A stretch of DNA of 63,099 bases, filler included, from Globobulimina sp. (lineage: Eukaryota), in assembly GCA_003354225.1 (NCBI GenBank). It is 37 parts of 37 records of this genome, joined end to end, with 100 filler letters (N's around TTAATTAATTAA, not from the genome) between each part and the next. Parts side by side here need not be neighbours in the genome. Positions count along the whole stretch, not along the records: positions 46,127 to 47,734 come from PIVH01014177.1; positions 47,835 to 49,442 come from PIVH01014178.1; positions 49,543 to 51,150 come from PIVH01014179.1; positions 51,251 to 52,857 come from PIVH01014180.1; positions 52,958 to 54,564 come from PIVH01014181.1; positions 54,665 to 56,271 come from PIVH01014182.1; positions 56,372 to 57,978 come from PIVH01014183.1; positions 58,079 to 59,685 come from PIVH01014184.1; 29 more parts are not named here. The stretch is one strand, 5' to 3'. Every line of letters begins with the position of its first letter. The stretch's first letter is position 1. This document shows, in pieces, positions 46,127-58,314 of the stretch. The notes beneath the pieces are model-generated. The model was not told the DNA's origin. It saw only the letters and a list, made by a program, of their open reading frames with translations, and made no database searches. The position numbers were made by a program, and so were the translations under genes.

Positions 46127-47481
46127 AATTATTTGTAAAAATATGGACAGATTATATAAAGGTATTGTATGATATGATAAGTGAACCAATTGTTGACGCA
46201 GCAGTTTGGATATATCAGTGTGTTATTAATACATTGGAAGCTTTTGGTGAGTATCTTATTAAAGTTTCAAGTCTTATCTCTGATTATATGTTAGAATCAG
46301 CAAAGATGATATGTCAAAGTATCAGTAATGCAATATTTGAGCACATATTAGAACCATTAGCGAAATTCTTAAAAATAATATGGGCAAATTATATAAAGGT
46401 ATTCTTTGTACAATTGTATGGTGTGATAAGTGGACCAATTGTTGACGCAGCAGTTTGGATATATCATTGTGTTATTAATACATTGGAAGCTTTTGGCGAA
46501 TATCTTATAAAAGTTGCAAGTCTTATGTTAGAATCAGCAAATATGATATGTCAAAGTATCGGTAATGCAATATTTGAGCACATATTAGAACCATTAGCGA
46601 AATTCTTAAAAATAATATGGACAAATTATATAAAGGTATCCTTTGTGCAATTGTATGATATGATAAGTGGACCAATTGTTGACGCAGCAGTTTGGATCTA
46701 TCATTGTGTTATTAATACATTGGAACCTTTTGGTGAATATCTTATTAAAGTTACAAGTCTTATCTCTGATTATATGTTAGAATCAGCAAAGATGATATGT
46801 CAAAGTATCGGGGATAAAATATTTGAGTACATATTAGAACCATTAGGGAAATATTTATATTTGATATTGCTTCAAATATTTAAAATTATTTGGCACATAT
46901 TGTGGTTTGCTGGAAGGTTAATTGCAGCGATATGGGATGGTGCACATCGATACTTGTTAGAAATGAATGTTACTAAATTGAAACTGCCAGCAAACAAAGC
47001 ATATTTGGATAATTATGAAATCGGAGTTTATTATGCAACATCTGGTCCACATAGAAAACTGGAAACGCTGTATTTGAATGATAAGCAAGTTATTGATGGT
47101 TATGTTTATTTATGGTTAAGAAATAATGATAAATTGAAAAGAGCAAATGCGAAAATAACTGTTTACAAAAACCACACAAAGATTGATGAGAAAATGGTGC
47201 GATTGAATAAAAAGCAGAGTCATGCGATACCAATAAAAAAGAATGTATTCGAAAATGCAGAGAAGGAAGAATGTAGAACGGTACATATTGAATTTATGTT
47301 GGAAAATGTGTCACAAACTATCACAGATCAGTCAAATCGAAGAAAAATAGCAAATCAGAACAGAGGTAACAACAGAAATGATGAGATAAGAAATGTAGGC
47401 ATTGCAGGAGATGGTGCAACATATATTGCTGTTGATAAAAAAACAAAATGTCAACATCAATTTTTATTATGTTATCAATGA
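46127..47481 (+). CDS. Protein with about three near-identical 79-83-aa amphipathic helical repeats and a globular C-terminus; 5' partial
   Basis: Repeat units start at 46165, 46414 and 46651 (LYxxISxPIVDAAVWIY.CVINTLE.FGEYLIKV). Confidence 0.75.
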
Positions 47482-47545
47482 CAGCATTATTAAATTGCTA
47501 AAATATTAGACACTAAATTGCTAAATCACTGCAGTCTGACACAAC

Positions 47546-47662
47546 TATTGAGCTAATTTTAATTTTGGTGATCGGCTTTAAACTTTTGGAGTTAATCGCG
47601 CTCAATATGCGTATTGACTTCAAAAGTTGAAGTCTTATCACGCAATGAAAATTAGCTCAATA
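47546..47662. repeat. 117-bp imperfect palindrome (MITE-like hairpin)
   Basis: TATTGAGCTAATTTT...AAAATTAGCTCAATA perfect 15-bp arms, with further pairing inside. Confidence 0.75.
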
Positions 47663-47834
47663 CTAGACTTGTGACCGTAGTGCAGGGCATATATAGTTTT
47701 AGAATGAATATGACTACAATTATCACACAGTAATNNNNNNNNNNNNNNNNNNNNNNNNNNNNNNNNNNNNNNNNNNNNTTAATTAATTAANNNNNNNNNN
47801 NNNNNNNNNNNNNNNNNNNNNNNNNNNNNNNNNN

Positions 47835-48049
47835 CTCTGTGCAGTGGCACCTTGTTTGAGTACACCAGCTTCGATTCCTTTCTTCAATGCTCTGCGTAAT
47901 GCGGCGTTGAATAATCCACCGGCGGTCTTTCCGAAATTCTCAATAATATAATTGGCGATGGCTGCTCTTGAGGCGCCTTTGTTGCCTGATTTGGTGCCAC
48001 CGATTGCTTTACAAATCATAAAAATAAATTTTGGGGCTGGGGCTGACAT
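47835..48049 (-). CDS. H1: Linker histone H1 globular (H15) domain, 3' partial
   Basis: MICKAI...KGASRAAIANYI...LRRALKKGIEAGVLKQ. Confidence 0.85.
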
Positions 48050-48928
48050 AATTAATTATATAATTAAAAGAGAATAATTGAGATTGAGAATAATTGATTT
48101 GATTTTTTGATTGCTTGTTTTTTGTGTTGTGATGCTTGAATATGATGGATTTTTTTTGATTTTTTATAATTTCGGACTTTTTAACACAAATCTATTGGCA
48201 GCACCAGGTTTTATTACAAAAAATGTCATTCTCTCTGTTCCTGAGTGCAAACAATAAAAAATAATGCTTCAATATGAACAATACAAAAATTAGCTTGCCA
48301 GAAATGCCCAGAATCATATACATCAATTTCAAATTGCACACATAAATCATCATAAAATCACCATTTCCATGCTTTATAATATTATCTATCCTTTATCTCA
48401 TCTATTATCCTTTATAACTGCTCATTGATTGAATAATAAGAAGTCGCAGCTTTTGCTTTATGTATAAAGCATATATTTTGTAATGGAAGATGTGCATAGT
48501 TGCAATTGGATAATTCGACGTACAGTATGTTGTTGACACAATAATCTCAATGAGTCGCTTTAATTTTTCTTTGCAAATTAATTAATGAATATAATATTTT
48601 CCATCGTTAATGATGACAATATAAGATTTCCAACCTTCTCAAACATTTGACATCAAAAAACGACATTTGATGCTTAATTCTAGCCACAAATAATAAAAAT
48701 GTGCATAATATAACAGCGATTTCTGTAATCATCTTGTTAGGAAATGTTGACATCATTTGAGTCAAACATGAATGTTTTCAGAGCAGTGTAATATTAAATA
48801 TAAATCCAATGCAAACTAACTGCAAACTCAAAACATTTATTTATTGTTAAGCAGCAATGCAAACCGCACACGAAACAAAAAAAAGAAAAGTATATTTAAT
48901 TTAAATGAGAATTAATATAATAAATATA

Positions 48929-49001
48929 TGGAGTACCCGGGTTTCGATCCCGGTGCCTTAACGTTGCGAACGTTACGCGCTTCCGATTGCGCCAGTACCC
49001 C
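48929..49001 (-). tRNA. tRNA-Ala(CGC): tRNA-Ala (anticodon CGC)
   Basis: Cloverleaf GGGGTAC/GTACTCC-A with G3:U70; D stem GCGC; anticodon stem TAACG/CGTTA with loop TTCGCAA; T loop ATCGAAA as in eukaryotic tRNA-Ala. Confidence 0.95.
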
Positions 49002-49544
49002 TTTTTGACATCGACGGTTTGGTTTTGTTTTGTTATATGAATCTACCATTTTAATTAATGCGATATATAAACATCTGGTTTATTCCCGTCAGAAATTATG
49101 GGAATAAACAAATGAATTTTGTTAATTGAGTGAACATTTTTCGCCACACTGCAGTTTTCTGACGTCGACTTTTTTGGAAATGTCATGCAAACAAAGAGTA
49201 AAAAGAAAATAATGTTTGATATCATATAGTTTTTCTGCAAATATCAAACCTGAATGCATATTAAATTATTTACAATCTAAACGCAGTATTTATATGTACG
49301 TTTATTTAATTATAAAATGAATTAAAAGCAATGTACTTAATTATTAACGTTTGGTGGTGTTGAAAAACACCTGGTAAAAAATAAAAAAGTATTAAATATA
49401 TAAATTTAGTTTTAGTTTTAGTTTTAGTTGAAGCCATAGATGNNNNNNNNNNNNNNNNNNNNNNNNNNNNNNNNNNNNNNNNNNNNTTAATTAATTAANN
49501 NNNNNNNNNNNNNNNNNNNNNNNNNNNNNNNNNNNNNNNNNNTT

Positions 49545-51150
49545 ATTCGTTGTACAGGCTATGCACCGATATCATTATCAGCTGGTGCTTGTATTCAGAT
49601 TGATGGAAATAGACATTATTCAACAAAATATAAATGTGAAATTGTTAAAATTAATTGTATTCAGATTGATGAAAAAGATGAAAAAGACAAGGAATTGATT
49701 AAAATTGCTCATTATGCAAAAGGTATATCATTTAAATTATTGTTTTTATTGAGAGAAAAGTTTAAGAATAAACTATGTCATACTATACAACATTCGCCTC
49801 AACTCTTGCATGATATTCCCGGTATTGGACCGAAAACAATCAGTAAATTACAAACTGCCACACAAAAAATTCAAACTGCAAAAACAAACAAGAGTAAAAT
49901 CATCAAATCCGACAATCAATGGATAAACAATTGGTGTGATAATGATAACCGTGCAGTAAATGTATGGTTTACGCAAGAACAGGGTATAAAACATCGATTG
50001 CCAATGTATTGTTGGAATGAAAAATTACAATACGCGCCCGACAGGAAATTAATAGGGAAAATAGAAAATTATTTAATGCAAAATGAACAAGAAAATGAGG
50101 AAATAGATATTTTATTAAAACAATCAGAGTTATTCCAGCAAACGTTAACATCCTTGAGCAGCGAAGATGAATTTATTGCAAACAATAATATCAAATATTT
50201 AAATTCTGCGCATGATTGGCTCAATTCGAATGACTCAAAGAATGTATGGATTGATAGGTTATATTCTCAATGTTTAAAAAACAAACGTTTTTCAAATATG
50301 ATGAATGTACTAATAAATAATATGGATAAAATAGCATATATTGATACTGAATTTTTTGTAGGAAAATATGAATATAATCATCAAAAATCTGGTTATGTAA
50401 TGCCTAATGACATAGCAATTGGCAAATTATATAATGTTGGCATTGCCAGAAATGGAAAGAATGGCAAACAGAAACTAATTTCAGTACTGATAAAACATCC
50501 AACTTTAACATTGGAAGATAGACTGCGTTTATTTTCTAGTGATAGAGGAAGGGAAACAATGTTAACATTTTTAAGAGGTGCATTACAATTTCATATTGAA
50601 CAAGAATGGACTCAATGGAGTGAACATGTCGATGTTTATGATATGGATTGCAATGAATTGGAGAAATATTTTAATAAATATGCTGTATTGCCACAGACTG
50701 CATGGCATATCATATCAAATGCTATCGAATCGCATTCATATTTGATGTATCATTTTTCGCACTGGGATAGGAAATTATTACTGTTATTGGCGCAACACTG
50801 TGGATCTGCGGCCAAACAAGAAATTGAATCATTTGAATGGTTTAATACGAGTCTGTTATGTAACACATTATTCCCGAGAAGAAAAGTTGTGTCACATTCA
50901 TTGGGATATTTATCAAAAGTATTTTGTAAAGATATCGATGCAGATTTTGCAGAACATTCTGCCTCGGACGCTATGGCTTTGATGAAGTTAATGCAAGCAT
51001 TTCAAAAAAAGTTTATTACTGTGGGAATACAAATGGATGAAAGAGGTATGAAAGTAACTGATAATATACACGTACAAATGGGAAGAGGTATTGATACAGA
51101 ATGTGAATTAAAAGAGTTGATTGTAAATATAATTAAACTGCCTCAATATT
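49545..51150 (+). CDS. RecD2-N-terminal-like OB/HhH region fused to a DEDDh 3'-5' exonuclease; partial at both ends
   Basis: Frame open from 49545: CTGYAP..LSAGACIQIDG.RHYSTKYK; AKGIS...KF...SPQLLHDIPGIGPKT; YIDTEF, SHWDRKLL, EHSASDA. Confidence 0.7.
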
Positions 51151-51250
51151 NNNNNNNNNNNNNNNNNNNNNNNNNNNNNNNNNNNNNNNNNNNNTTAATT
51201 AATTAANNNNNNNNNNNNNNNNNNNNNNNNNNNNNNNNNNNNNNNNNNNN

Positions 51251-52857
51251 CGTAGCTGAGATGCAGGAACAAGATCATCATAAATATTTTTAAAAACTGT
51301 AACTTTTTGGATGTGGTCTGAAATAAAAGGTGCTTGGTTTAGCAAAAAAGGAACCCTCGTATTATGCATTTGGAGAACAGCATTGTCCTCAATCAGTATC
51401 TGGGCATATTTACGTAAACCACATGAAAAAGAGATCAAAAAAGAGATTATTATCGATCTGCCACAGTCAACATTCAACCTCAAACATTTACAACCTGTCA
51501 CTAAACAACACACAGACAACAAACACTATGATCCTCAGGCTTCACTACAATTCATTGACCCAACAAAAGTATCCAAATGACAACAAGAACTGCGATGGAG
51601 GTACTTAGCTTAGAATTTTCTTGAAATTTTTATTACTAAAATATATAAAAAAAAAACAGTTTATATCTAATCAAACACCGAATATATCCGTCAATATATT
51701 CCTCCTCAACATTGTACACGTTCTCATTGCCAATCATAATGAGTATATGGTATATTTTCCGCGGCAAAGTGTCTAAACAAAACTCAATTTTAGCCTCCTA
51801 TTTAACGTCCAAAAAGTGGGAGAAATTATTTTCAGGAACTGTCGATTTGGCATTGTATTGCATTCCCGCCTCGATTTTAGGCAAATTAATGTCGCACACA
51901 ACCTTAAAATTAGCGCTTTCCATCCGATCATTACTAGTCTCATATTATCAAAATAAATATCTCTCCTCCTCTCCATATTTAGTCTCATATCTAATGGGCA
52001 ATCACCAGTTCATTGACCAGCATATCACGTATGACATTGACAAATTTTCCACCTCATTCGCAGAATTATATAATACCATTTTATGGTCCTTTGGCGGTGT
52101 CGGCATATTATCCATTTCATTAATGCACAAAATGGGGCTGAAAGAATTCTTATTTGCTATTTTATACTCGTACATTTCGCGCAAATTAATCACTTTGTTA
52201 TCGCCGTCTTTCTCTGACTTGACGCAATTGATACAATTTGAAGAGACCAAATGGAGGGGGACTCATAGCAAAATAGCAGAATATTCGGAGGAGATCACCA
52301 TTTTGAACAGCAATGTCGATCAAAAAATGAATATAGAAAACGAATTGTTATCTTCCTACTATTTCAATGTCGAGTGTTCCTTAAACGATTTTTATTTAAA
52401 TACAATGATCACGGAAATGTTCGGCAGTTATTTTACTGCGGAAATTGGGAAATTGGCGGGTTACTTTGCTATGATTCCTGCCATTTATTATTCGAATGAT
52501 AATAATGAAAACACAGTGAGTTATTTGACGTCGGTGGTGCAGGAATTAACTTTTTTGACTAAGTTATTGGAGAAAATATTTCGAATTCAGAAGAAAATCG
52601 ATGAAGTCAATGGCTTAGCTTTCAGGATCTACGAAATGGAGAAATCGTTGCAAAATGTGCAGAAAATGCTAACTTCGAAGCAAAAAACGAACATTGTCAG
52701 CAGTAATGATGGAAAATTATGTGTTATAAAATTGAAGAATGTGACTATAGAAACGCCGAATGACGAGCTGTTGATCGAAGACTTGAACATAGAAATCAAG
52801 CAAGGAGAGAATACATTTATTATTGGCGCAAATGGTGTGGGCAAAACCTCCATTTTT
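51251..52857 (+). CDS. Peroxisomal ABC half-transporter (ABCD family), partial, intron-containing
   Basis: IDQHITYDIDKF, HSKIAEYSEEI (EAA-like motif), NVTIETP...LIEDLNIEI..GE..FIIGANGVGKTS (Walker A). Confidence 0.88.
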
Positions 52858-52957
52858 NNNNNNNNNNNNNNNNNNNNNNNNNNNNNNNNNNNNNNNNNNN
52901 NTTAATTAATTAANNNNNNNNNNNNNNNNNNNNNNNNNNNNNNNNNNNNNNNNNNNN

Positions 52958-53409
52958 ATATAACCACAAATATGGGAAATGCATTCATTTGGTATTAAAT
53001 CAAATGCATTTAATTTTGTATTATCGATATCTTCAATCTTATTTTTGTTTTTCTCTTCAATTTTATTTTTATTTTTATGCTTCGTCATTTGTTTGGAAAT
53101 AGATTCATGAATTAACTCTAATTTATCATTTTCATATTTTACACCTTTGGCAATAAAAAGAAAAATTTCTTCAATACTCCAACATGATTCTATTAAATTC
53201 GTTAATGCATCTTTTAATATATCATTTGTTGTACGATTTTGCGATATTAATCGATTTACGCTTAACCATGCTGTCAATTGTTTGTTCGAAAGGCGTACTC
53301 TTTTTGCTCTCCAGGCGACAGCGGTAGGTTTGTTATACGCTAACCTGGCTCCCTTGGTTGATAGTTGCTTCCTGGCAGATTTTGTTGTTGTTTGTTTTGT
53401 TCTCGCCAT
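52958..53409 (-). CDS. Protein with a histone-H3-like N-terminal tail and an F-box-like motif; 3' partial
   Basis: MARTKQTTTKSARKQLSTKGAR; no histone fold; FDLIPNECISHICGY at the contig edge. Confidence 0.7.
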
Positions 53410-53463
53410 GGAAATAAAACTAAGAATGTCTCCACTGTAACTCTATTTAAATAGTTTTGAAGC

Positions 53464-54564
53464 ATGTCAACGCTGTCAAGTGTTGGTAAAGTCCCTAACA
53501 TTAACGATGTAAGTTCTGGTTTCAGCTTGAATAGATCAGCTGTTCCAGTGCAATTGCAGCAATTCTGTACAAAATCGGAATATGATACTACAAAACCAAA
53601 AGCAATATCTTGTTGCCATCGCAATCGTAAATGGTGTATAATAAATACTGCATATATTATCCGTTATATATTTTGTATCATAATGACTCCTTTAGGCGGC
53701 ATATTATATTATTATTTATTTAATAATGAGTGGGATTGGGCTAAAAATGAAATAGCTCACCAAATATTATTTATTTATACTACCTTAATCGCAGTGGTAT
53801 GGTCCACATTGACCGTAGATATCATACAGAAATTAAAGATGTTAACAAATGAAACGTATTCCAACATCATCGGATCAATAATATACATTGTATTTATTTA
53901 TTGTATCGCCAACATGCTTCTTTATTATATGTTGCGACACAAATTCATTTCAAAATATTTATCCCTGCGAATGGGTTTCATCGTTGCCATATTTGGCCAT
54001 ATCTTAGGTTTTGGTTTGAAAAATCTATCCATATTTGTATTGCAAGCCACTTTTTTCAAAGAGAATCATTGGTATCGTTGGTTATTTTTATTCTCACAAA
54101 TATGTTGTTTTATTTTATATTTATTTTTGATGAGTATTATTCGGCCAAAATTATGTTTTGCAGTCAACAAATTCTCTCAAAGCGCATCGCTTTTAGCCAA
54201 ACATATAAAATGTATAAGTCACAGCAGCCTCAGCTTCAGCAAAGAAACTTCGGTTATTTATGAAACGGATTTATTTGCTCAATTAATGGACTGTGCAGAC
54301 GACGAAAAGAAAGTAAACTCACTTTCTATTTCCATGGACGAATACAGAAATGAAGAGACAATGCATCAATTTTATGATTATACCAAGGAAATCGATGGCG
54401 ACGCCTGGTTGATATCTATTGGTTTCATGACTGTTGATATCATTTTTTTACTGTATCAACACAAATATTTATCCTTAACCCATCAGCAAATCAATGAAAA
54501 CGAAGCTGTGATTGACAGCTTTTCCTGGATAAATGCCTTATTTTATGCTGCTGTTTTCGTGTCA
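53464..54564 (+). CDS. Multi-pass membrane protein, 3' partial
   Basis: Six or more hydrophobic helices; head-to-head with the previous gene, 54 bp apart. Confidence 0.7.
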
Positions 54565-54664
54565 NNNNNNNNNNNNNNNNNNNNNNNNNNNNNNNNNNNN
54601 NNNNNNNNTTAATTAATTAANNNNNNNNNNNNNNNNNNNNNNNNNNNNNNNNNNNNNNNNNNNN

Positions 54665-55102
54665 GGAAGTGATGGACAAATATTAAAATGGGACTTGGAT
54701 GATTCTACAAAATCATATAAAGTTATTTATGATCCAAAAGATAAAATTTTTAGAGAAATAGCCGTAAGTAATAATTTACGTTGGCTTGCATGTGCTTCAG
54801 AAAGTAAAGAGATTGTTCTTATAGATATGTTTTCTAATGATAAGATAAACTTGAAGAATCATACCAATATGGTAACTTCTGTTTGTTTCACAAATAATAA
54901 TAAATACCTTTTATCAGCTGGCTATGATAGTACTATAGTTTTTTGGAATTTAGAAACAGATGAAAAAAATGTAATTGGAAAATGTGGTTCTCCAGTAAAG
55001 TCAATAGCGGTTTCACCAGATGATAAGTATGTTGTTAGTGCTACAGAAGGAGGTGAAGTAGTTTTATGGGAATTGGAAGGTTCAAAATCTACCATTATCT
55101 GA
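54665..55102 (+). CDS. WD40-repeat protein fragment
   Basis: LKNHTNMVTSVCF...LLSAGYDSTIVFWN; VKSIAVSPDDKYVVS...VLWE. Confidence 0.85.
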   Translation, partial: GSDGQILKWDLDDSTKSYKVIYDPKDKIFREIAVSNNLRWLACASESKEIVLIDMFSNDKINLKNHTNMVTSVCFTNNNKYLLSAGYDSTIVFWNLETDEKNVIGKCGSPVKSIAVSPDDKYVVSATEGGEVVLWELEGSKSTII

Positions 55103-55133
55103 ATGTTTTTACTTGATTTACTAAGGACTAATC

Positions 55134-55958
55134 ATGTCAGCAAGAAGCATTCTGAATCTTTACAGACAATTTAAACCCAAATTAATCATATGTGATTTTG
55201 ACGGTACCATTACTTTAAAGGAAACAATAACTCCGTTAATGGCATTGGCAAAAAAGAATTGGACTGATACGGAATTTGATAATTTTGCTCAACATTTATC
55301 GTGGTACCGCCCCAATCACCATGTTTATGAAAAAGAATTGTTACATAATTTAAATGAGTATCGAAATAAACTATGCAATGGAAGGAAGCAATGGAATATA
55401 AATGAGATAACAACATATTTAACAAAATGCGATGAAGTGGACAAAGAATCACTACACAAACTGGATATAAACGGGAAATATTTGGCAAACATGCAACTGA
55501 ATGAAGTAAGTAATGTATTTAAAGAATATCTGCATAGAGATGTTACTCACGTATTAAATGAATGTGTCAATGATAATTGTACTGTGAAAATATTATCACA
55601 TAATTGGAGTTCCTATGCAATATATCATGCATTAAACCGAGTAATATGTCAAGACAATATAATTTGCAATGAATTACAATGTAATAAACAAAATATAACA
55701 ACTGGTAAATTATTAAGAAAATGCATAACAAGTGTACATAAAATGGAATATGTTGAACAATGGAAACAACATTACATTTATAATCACCGTCAAGAGGCAG
55801 TAAAGGACAGCTATACAATGTATATTGGTGACCAATCTGGTGATTTGTTAGCAAATTGTTGTGCCGATATAAGTATTTGGATGCAAACAAATCAGAATCA
55901 CAAGTTTCTTAATATTGTCAATGACAAATATTTGATGAATAAGAAAGACACTGACTGA
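55134..55958 (+). CDS. HAD-superfamily phosphatase (similar to thiamine-phosphate phosphatase HAD domains)
   Basis: ICDFDGTIT, ILSHNWS, K, YIGDQSGDLLA. Confidence 0.85.
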   Translation: MSARSILNLYRQFKPKLIICDFDGTITLKETITPLMALAKKNWTDTEFDNFAQHLSWYRPNHHVYEKELLHNLNEYRNKLCNGRKQWNINEITTYLTKCDEVDKESLHKLDINGKYLANMQLNEVSNVFKEYLHRDVTHVLNECVNDNCTVKILSHNWSSYAIYHALNRVICQDNIICNELQCNKQNITTGKLLRKCITSVHKMEYVEQWKQHYIYNHRQEAVKDSYTMYIGDQSGDLLANCCADISIWMQTNQNHKFLNIVNDKYLMNKKDTD

Positions 55959-56045
55959 TTATTCTTGACTCATTCATGGACATAATCATTTCAGATTTGC
56001 TTTACACTTTTTTGAGAAAACCATCGAAAACATCATTGTTGTATC

Positions 56046-56271
56046 ATGGACCCTCAAACAAAAGCAGAATTTGAAAAACTACAGGTACGCTTTGATACAT
56101 ATTACTATCAAATCCCAAAGCTCCCCACCACCACACCATATACGCACTGACACACAGTCCAAATCAGCCAATAAAACATGTATCGATTGCAATACATTTA
56201 ACCCACAATGGGCGTCCGTCAATAACGGCTGTTTTATGTGTATAAAATGTGCCGGAAATCATCGAAGTATG
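56046..56271 (+). CDS. ArfGAP domain protein, 3' partial
   Basis: NKTCIDC..FNPQWASVNNGCFMCIKCAGNHRSM; intron 56085-56157. Confidence 0.92.
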
Positions 56272-56371
56272 NNNNNNNNNNNNNNNNNNNNNNNNNNNNN
56301 NNNNNNNNNNNNNNNTTAATTAATTAANNNNNNNNNNNNNNNNNNNNNNNNNNNNNNNNNNNNNNNNNNNN

Positions 56372-56478
56372 TCAACAAAATAATCAATGAACTTATGCAA
56401 TCGTTGTTGTTTTAACCAATCTGTGACATTCATATTTTCTTCTCCTTCCACACCAGTGTCAGCAGCTTGAACTGCCAT
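56372..56478 (-). CDS. N-terminus of a SAM-domain-like protein, 3' partial
   Basis: VTDWLKQQRLHKFIDYF. Confidence 0.55.
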
Positions 56479-56821
56479 GTTATATAAAGTAAATAGTAAA
56501 AGATTATTGAAATTAAAAAGTTTCGAAAACATTCCTATTACTTTCCCGCGCTTGTGTTTAGAGAGTTTTTAGATTATCCTCGCACACCAGGGAGATGGTG
56601 ATAAAAATACATAGGATCTAAAACGTTTAAAAACTAATCCCTCCGCAAGTATATTGTGGTTTACAACATCTTTGCAATGAAATGAATGAATGCAATGCAT
56701 AAAAAAAACCAATATGTTTTTGTTTTAAGCACATTAATGCCATCATGATACACTCTAAAAATATAATACGTACACATAACACAGTGATTGAATGTATCAT
56801 TTGCTTTTAACTTGTTCCCAA

Positions 56822-57978
56822 TCAACGTACCACAGCTTGAAAAAAAGAACCTTGGCTACAAATATGAGCTTCATATGATATACTTCTTCCAGTATCCAAT
56901 GGTGTTACACATTCATCATCACACGAATATATATATGTATTCATAAAATAACGTGGTTTCTCTCCATCATATTTTATCCTTATTCTCTCTGTTCTGCTGC
57001 CTTGTTCATTTCCCAACAAATCAATAACAGTCGCTTCATATTTGTTATATATTAATATTTTCTGACCCATCTCAAATTGTTGACTTATCCTCTCTGCGAC
57101 ATTACCTCTCATATTATCCGTAGGTCCATTATCACTCATATTTGCATACACCGTAAGGCCAATGCATCCGCAATAAATCAATCCAGCCAGACACACTGCT
57201 GCAATCACAATAAGTGATCCCTTCTTTACATCAGATATCATGATATTACTTGGTGAACATTTGAATACTTGCTTCGATAATTGTTTTTTAAATTTTCTTT
57301 TAAATTCTCTGTCCATTCCATACTTATCATAATCTAAATTCATTTTAATTTTAACTCGCGGGTTCATGGCATCGTTGCATTGCAATGGTATGACTTGTTT
57401 GACATATTTCAAATAACATATAGCATCTGGAATATTATCTGACCATTCATCTGTTTCTTGTATCTTTTCTACATAGTCGTCGATCAATTTTTTAATGATC
57501 ATACTTGACGTTGCAAATATTTAATTCGCGTAATTTGCAAATATTTATTCCTAACATTTCTGCACTTTGTAATATTTTTTGCGAAGAGATATAACGCGGC
57601 AATCGATACTTTATTGACTGGCCTGCTTTTAATGCTTGTCGTGCTTCTTTAATCTGTTTATAATTAAATTCTTTCACAATTTTTTGGCATTTTATTGGTT
57701 TCCCAATAAAAATATTTGCCAATTTAGCATTTTCACATTTATTCATATTCATTTGAGGCTCATTTGATTCTTTTTGTAAATACTGTGACTTTGATTCATT
57801 TGATTTGAACACTTTTGTGCGTTCTGTAACTTGTGTGATTACAGTTTGTGTTTGTTGCTTTTCTTCATTTTGTAGTTCTAAATTTTCCTCAAGCATTGTA
57901 TCGAAATAATCATCAGATACAAGGTCATCCAATCTTGAATAAACTATGCTGAGCATCGAAAGATCATCATCAATACAC
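56822..57978 (-). CDS. Hypothetical membrane-anchored protein split by a frameshift near 57495
   Basis: Two ORFs overlapping at an A-run; I.ISDVKKGSLIV segment followed by a TM. Confidence 0.5.
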
Positions 57979-58314
57979 NNNNNNNNNNNNNNNNNNNNNN
58001 NNNNNNNNNNNNNNNNNNNNNNTTAATTAATTAANNNNNNNNNNNNNNNNNNNNNNNNNNNNNNNNNNNNNNNNNNNNAAACAAAAGGGATCGAAGACAT
58101 GATTTTGCAATAAACAGTCTTTTTTAAAAAAAGTCACACTGTGCGAATGGACGCAAAACATGGTGTCCCTGTTTTAGTTTTGATATGATTTAATATTTTA
58201 CTTGAAACGAGAAACACTGCGCGCAGATGAGATGAAGTATTCTTGCTGTAAAGATGGTTAGCACTAGTGGCTATGTCGTTTTTTAAAAAAAACCTTTTCT
58301 GCAATACAGTCGTG

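Noticed and set aside
49404-49429. (TTTTAG)n run and the (CCGCATCCCT)n run at 45976-46026 as possible telomeres
   Set aside because: Only four or five units, and not matching a telomere motif I can support; treated as simple repeats
52958-53409. Annotation as histone H3 or CENP-A
   Set aside because: No histone-fold sequence follows the tail in the visible 150 aa
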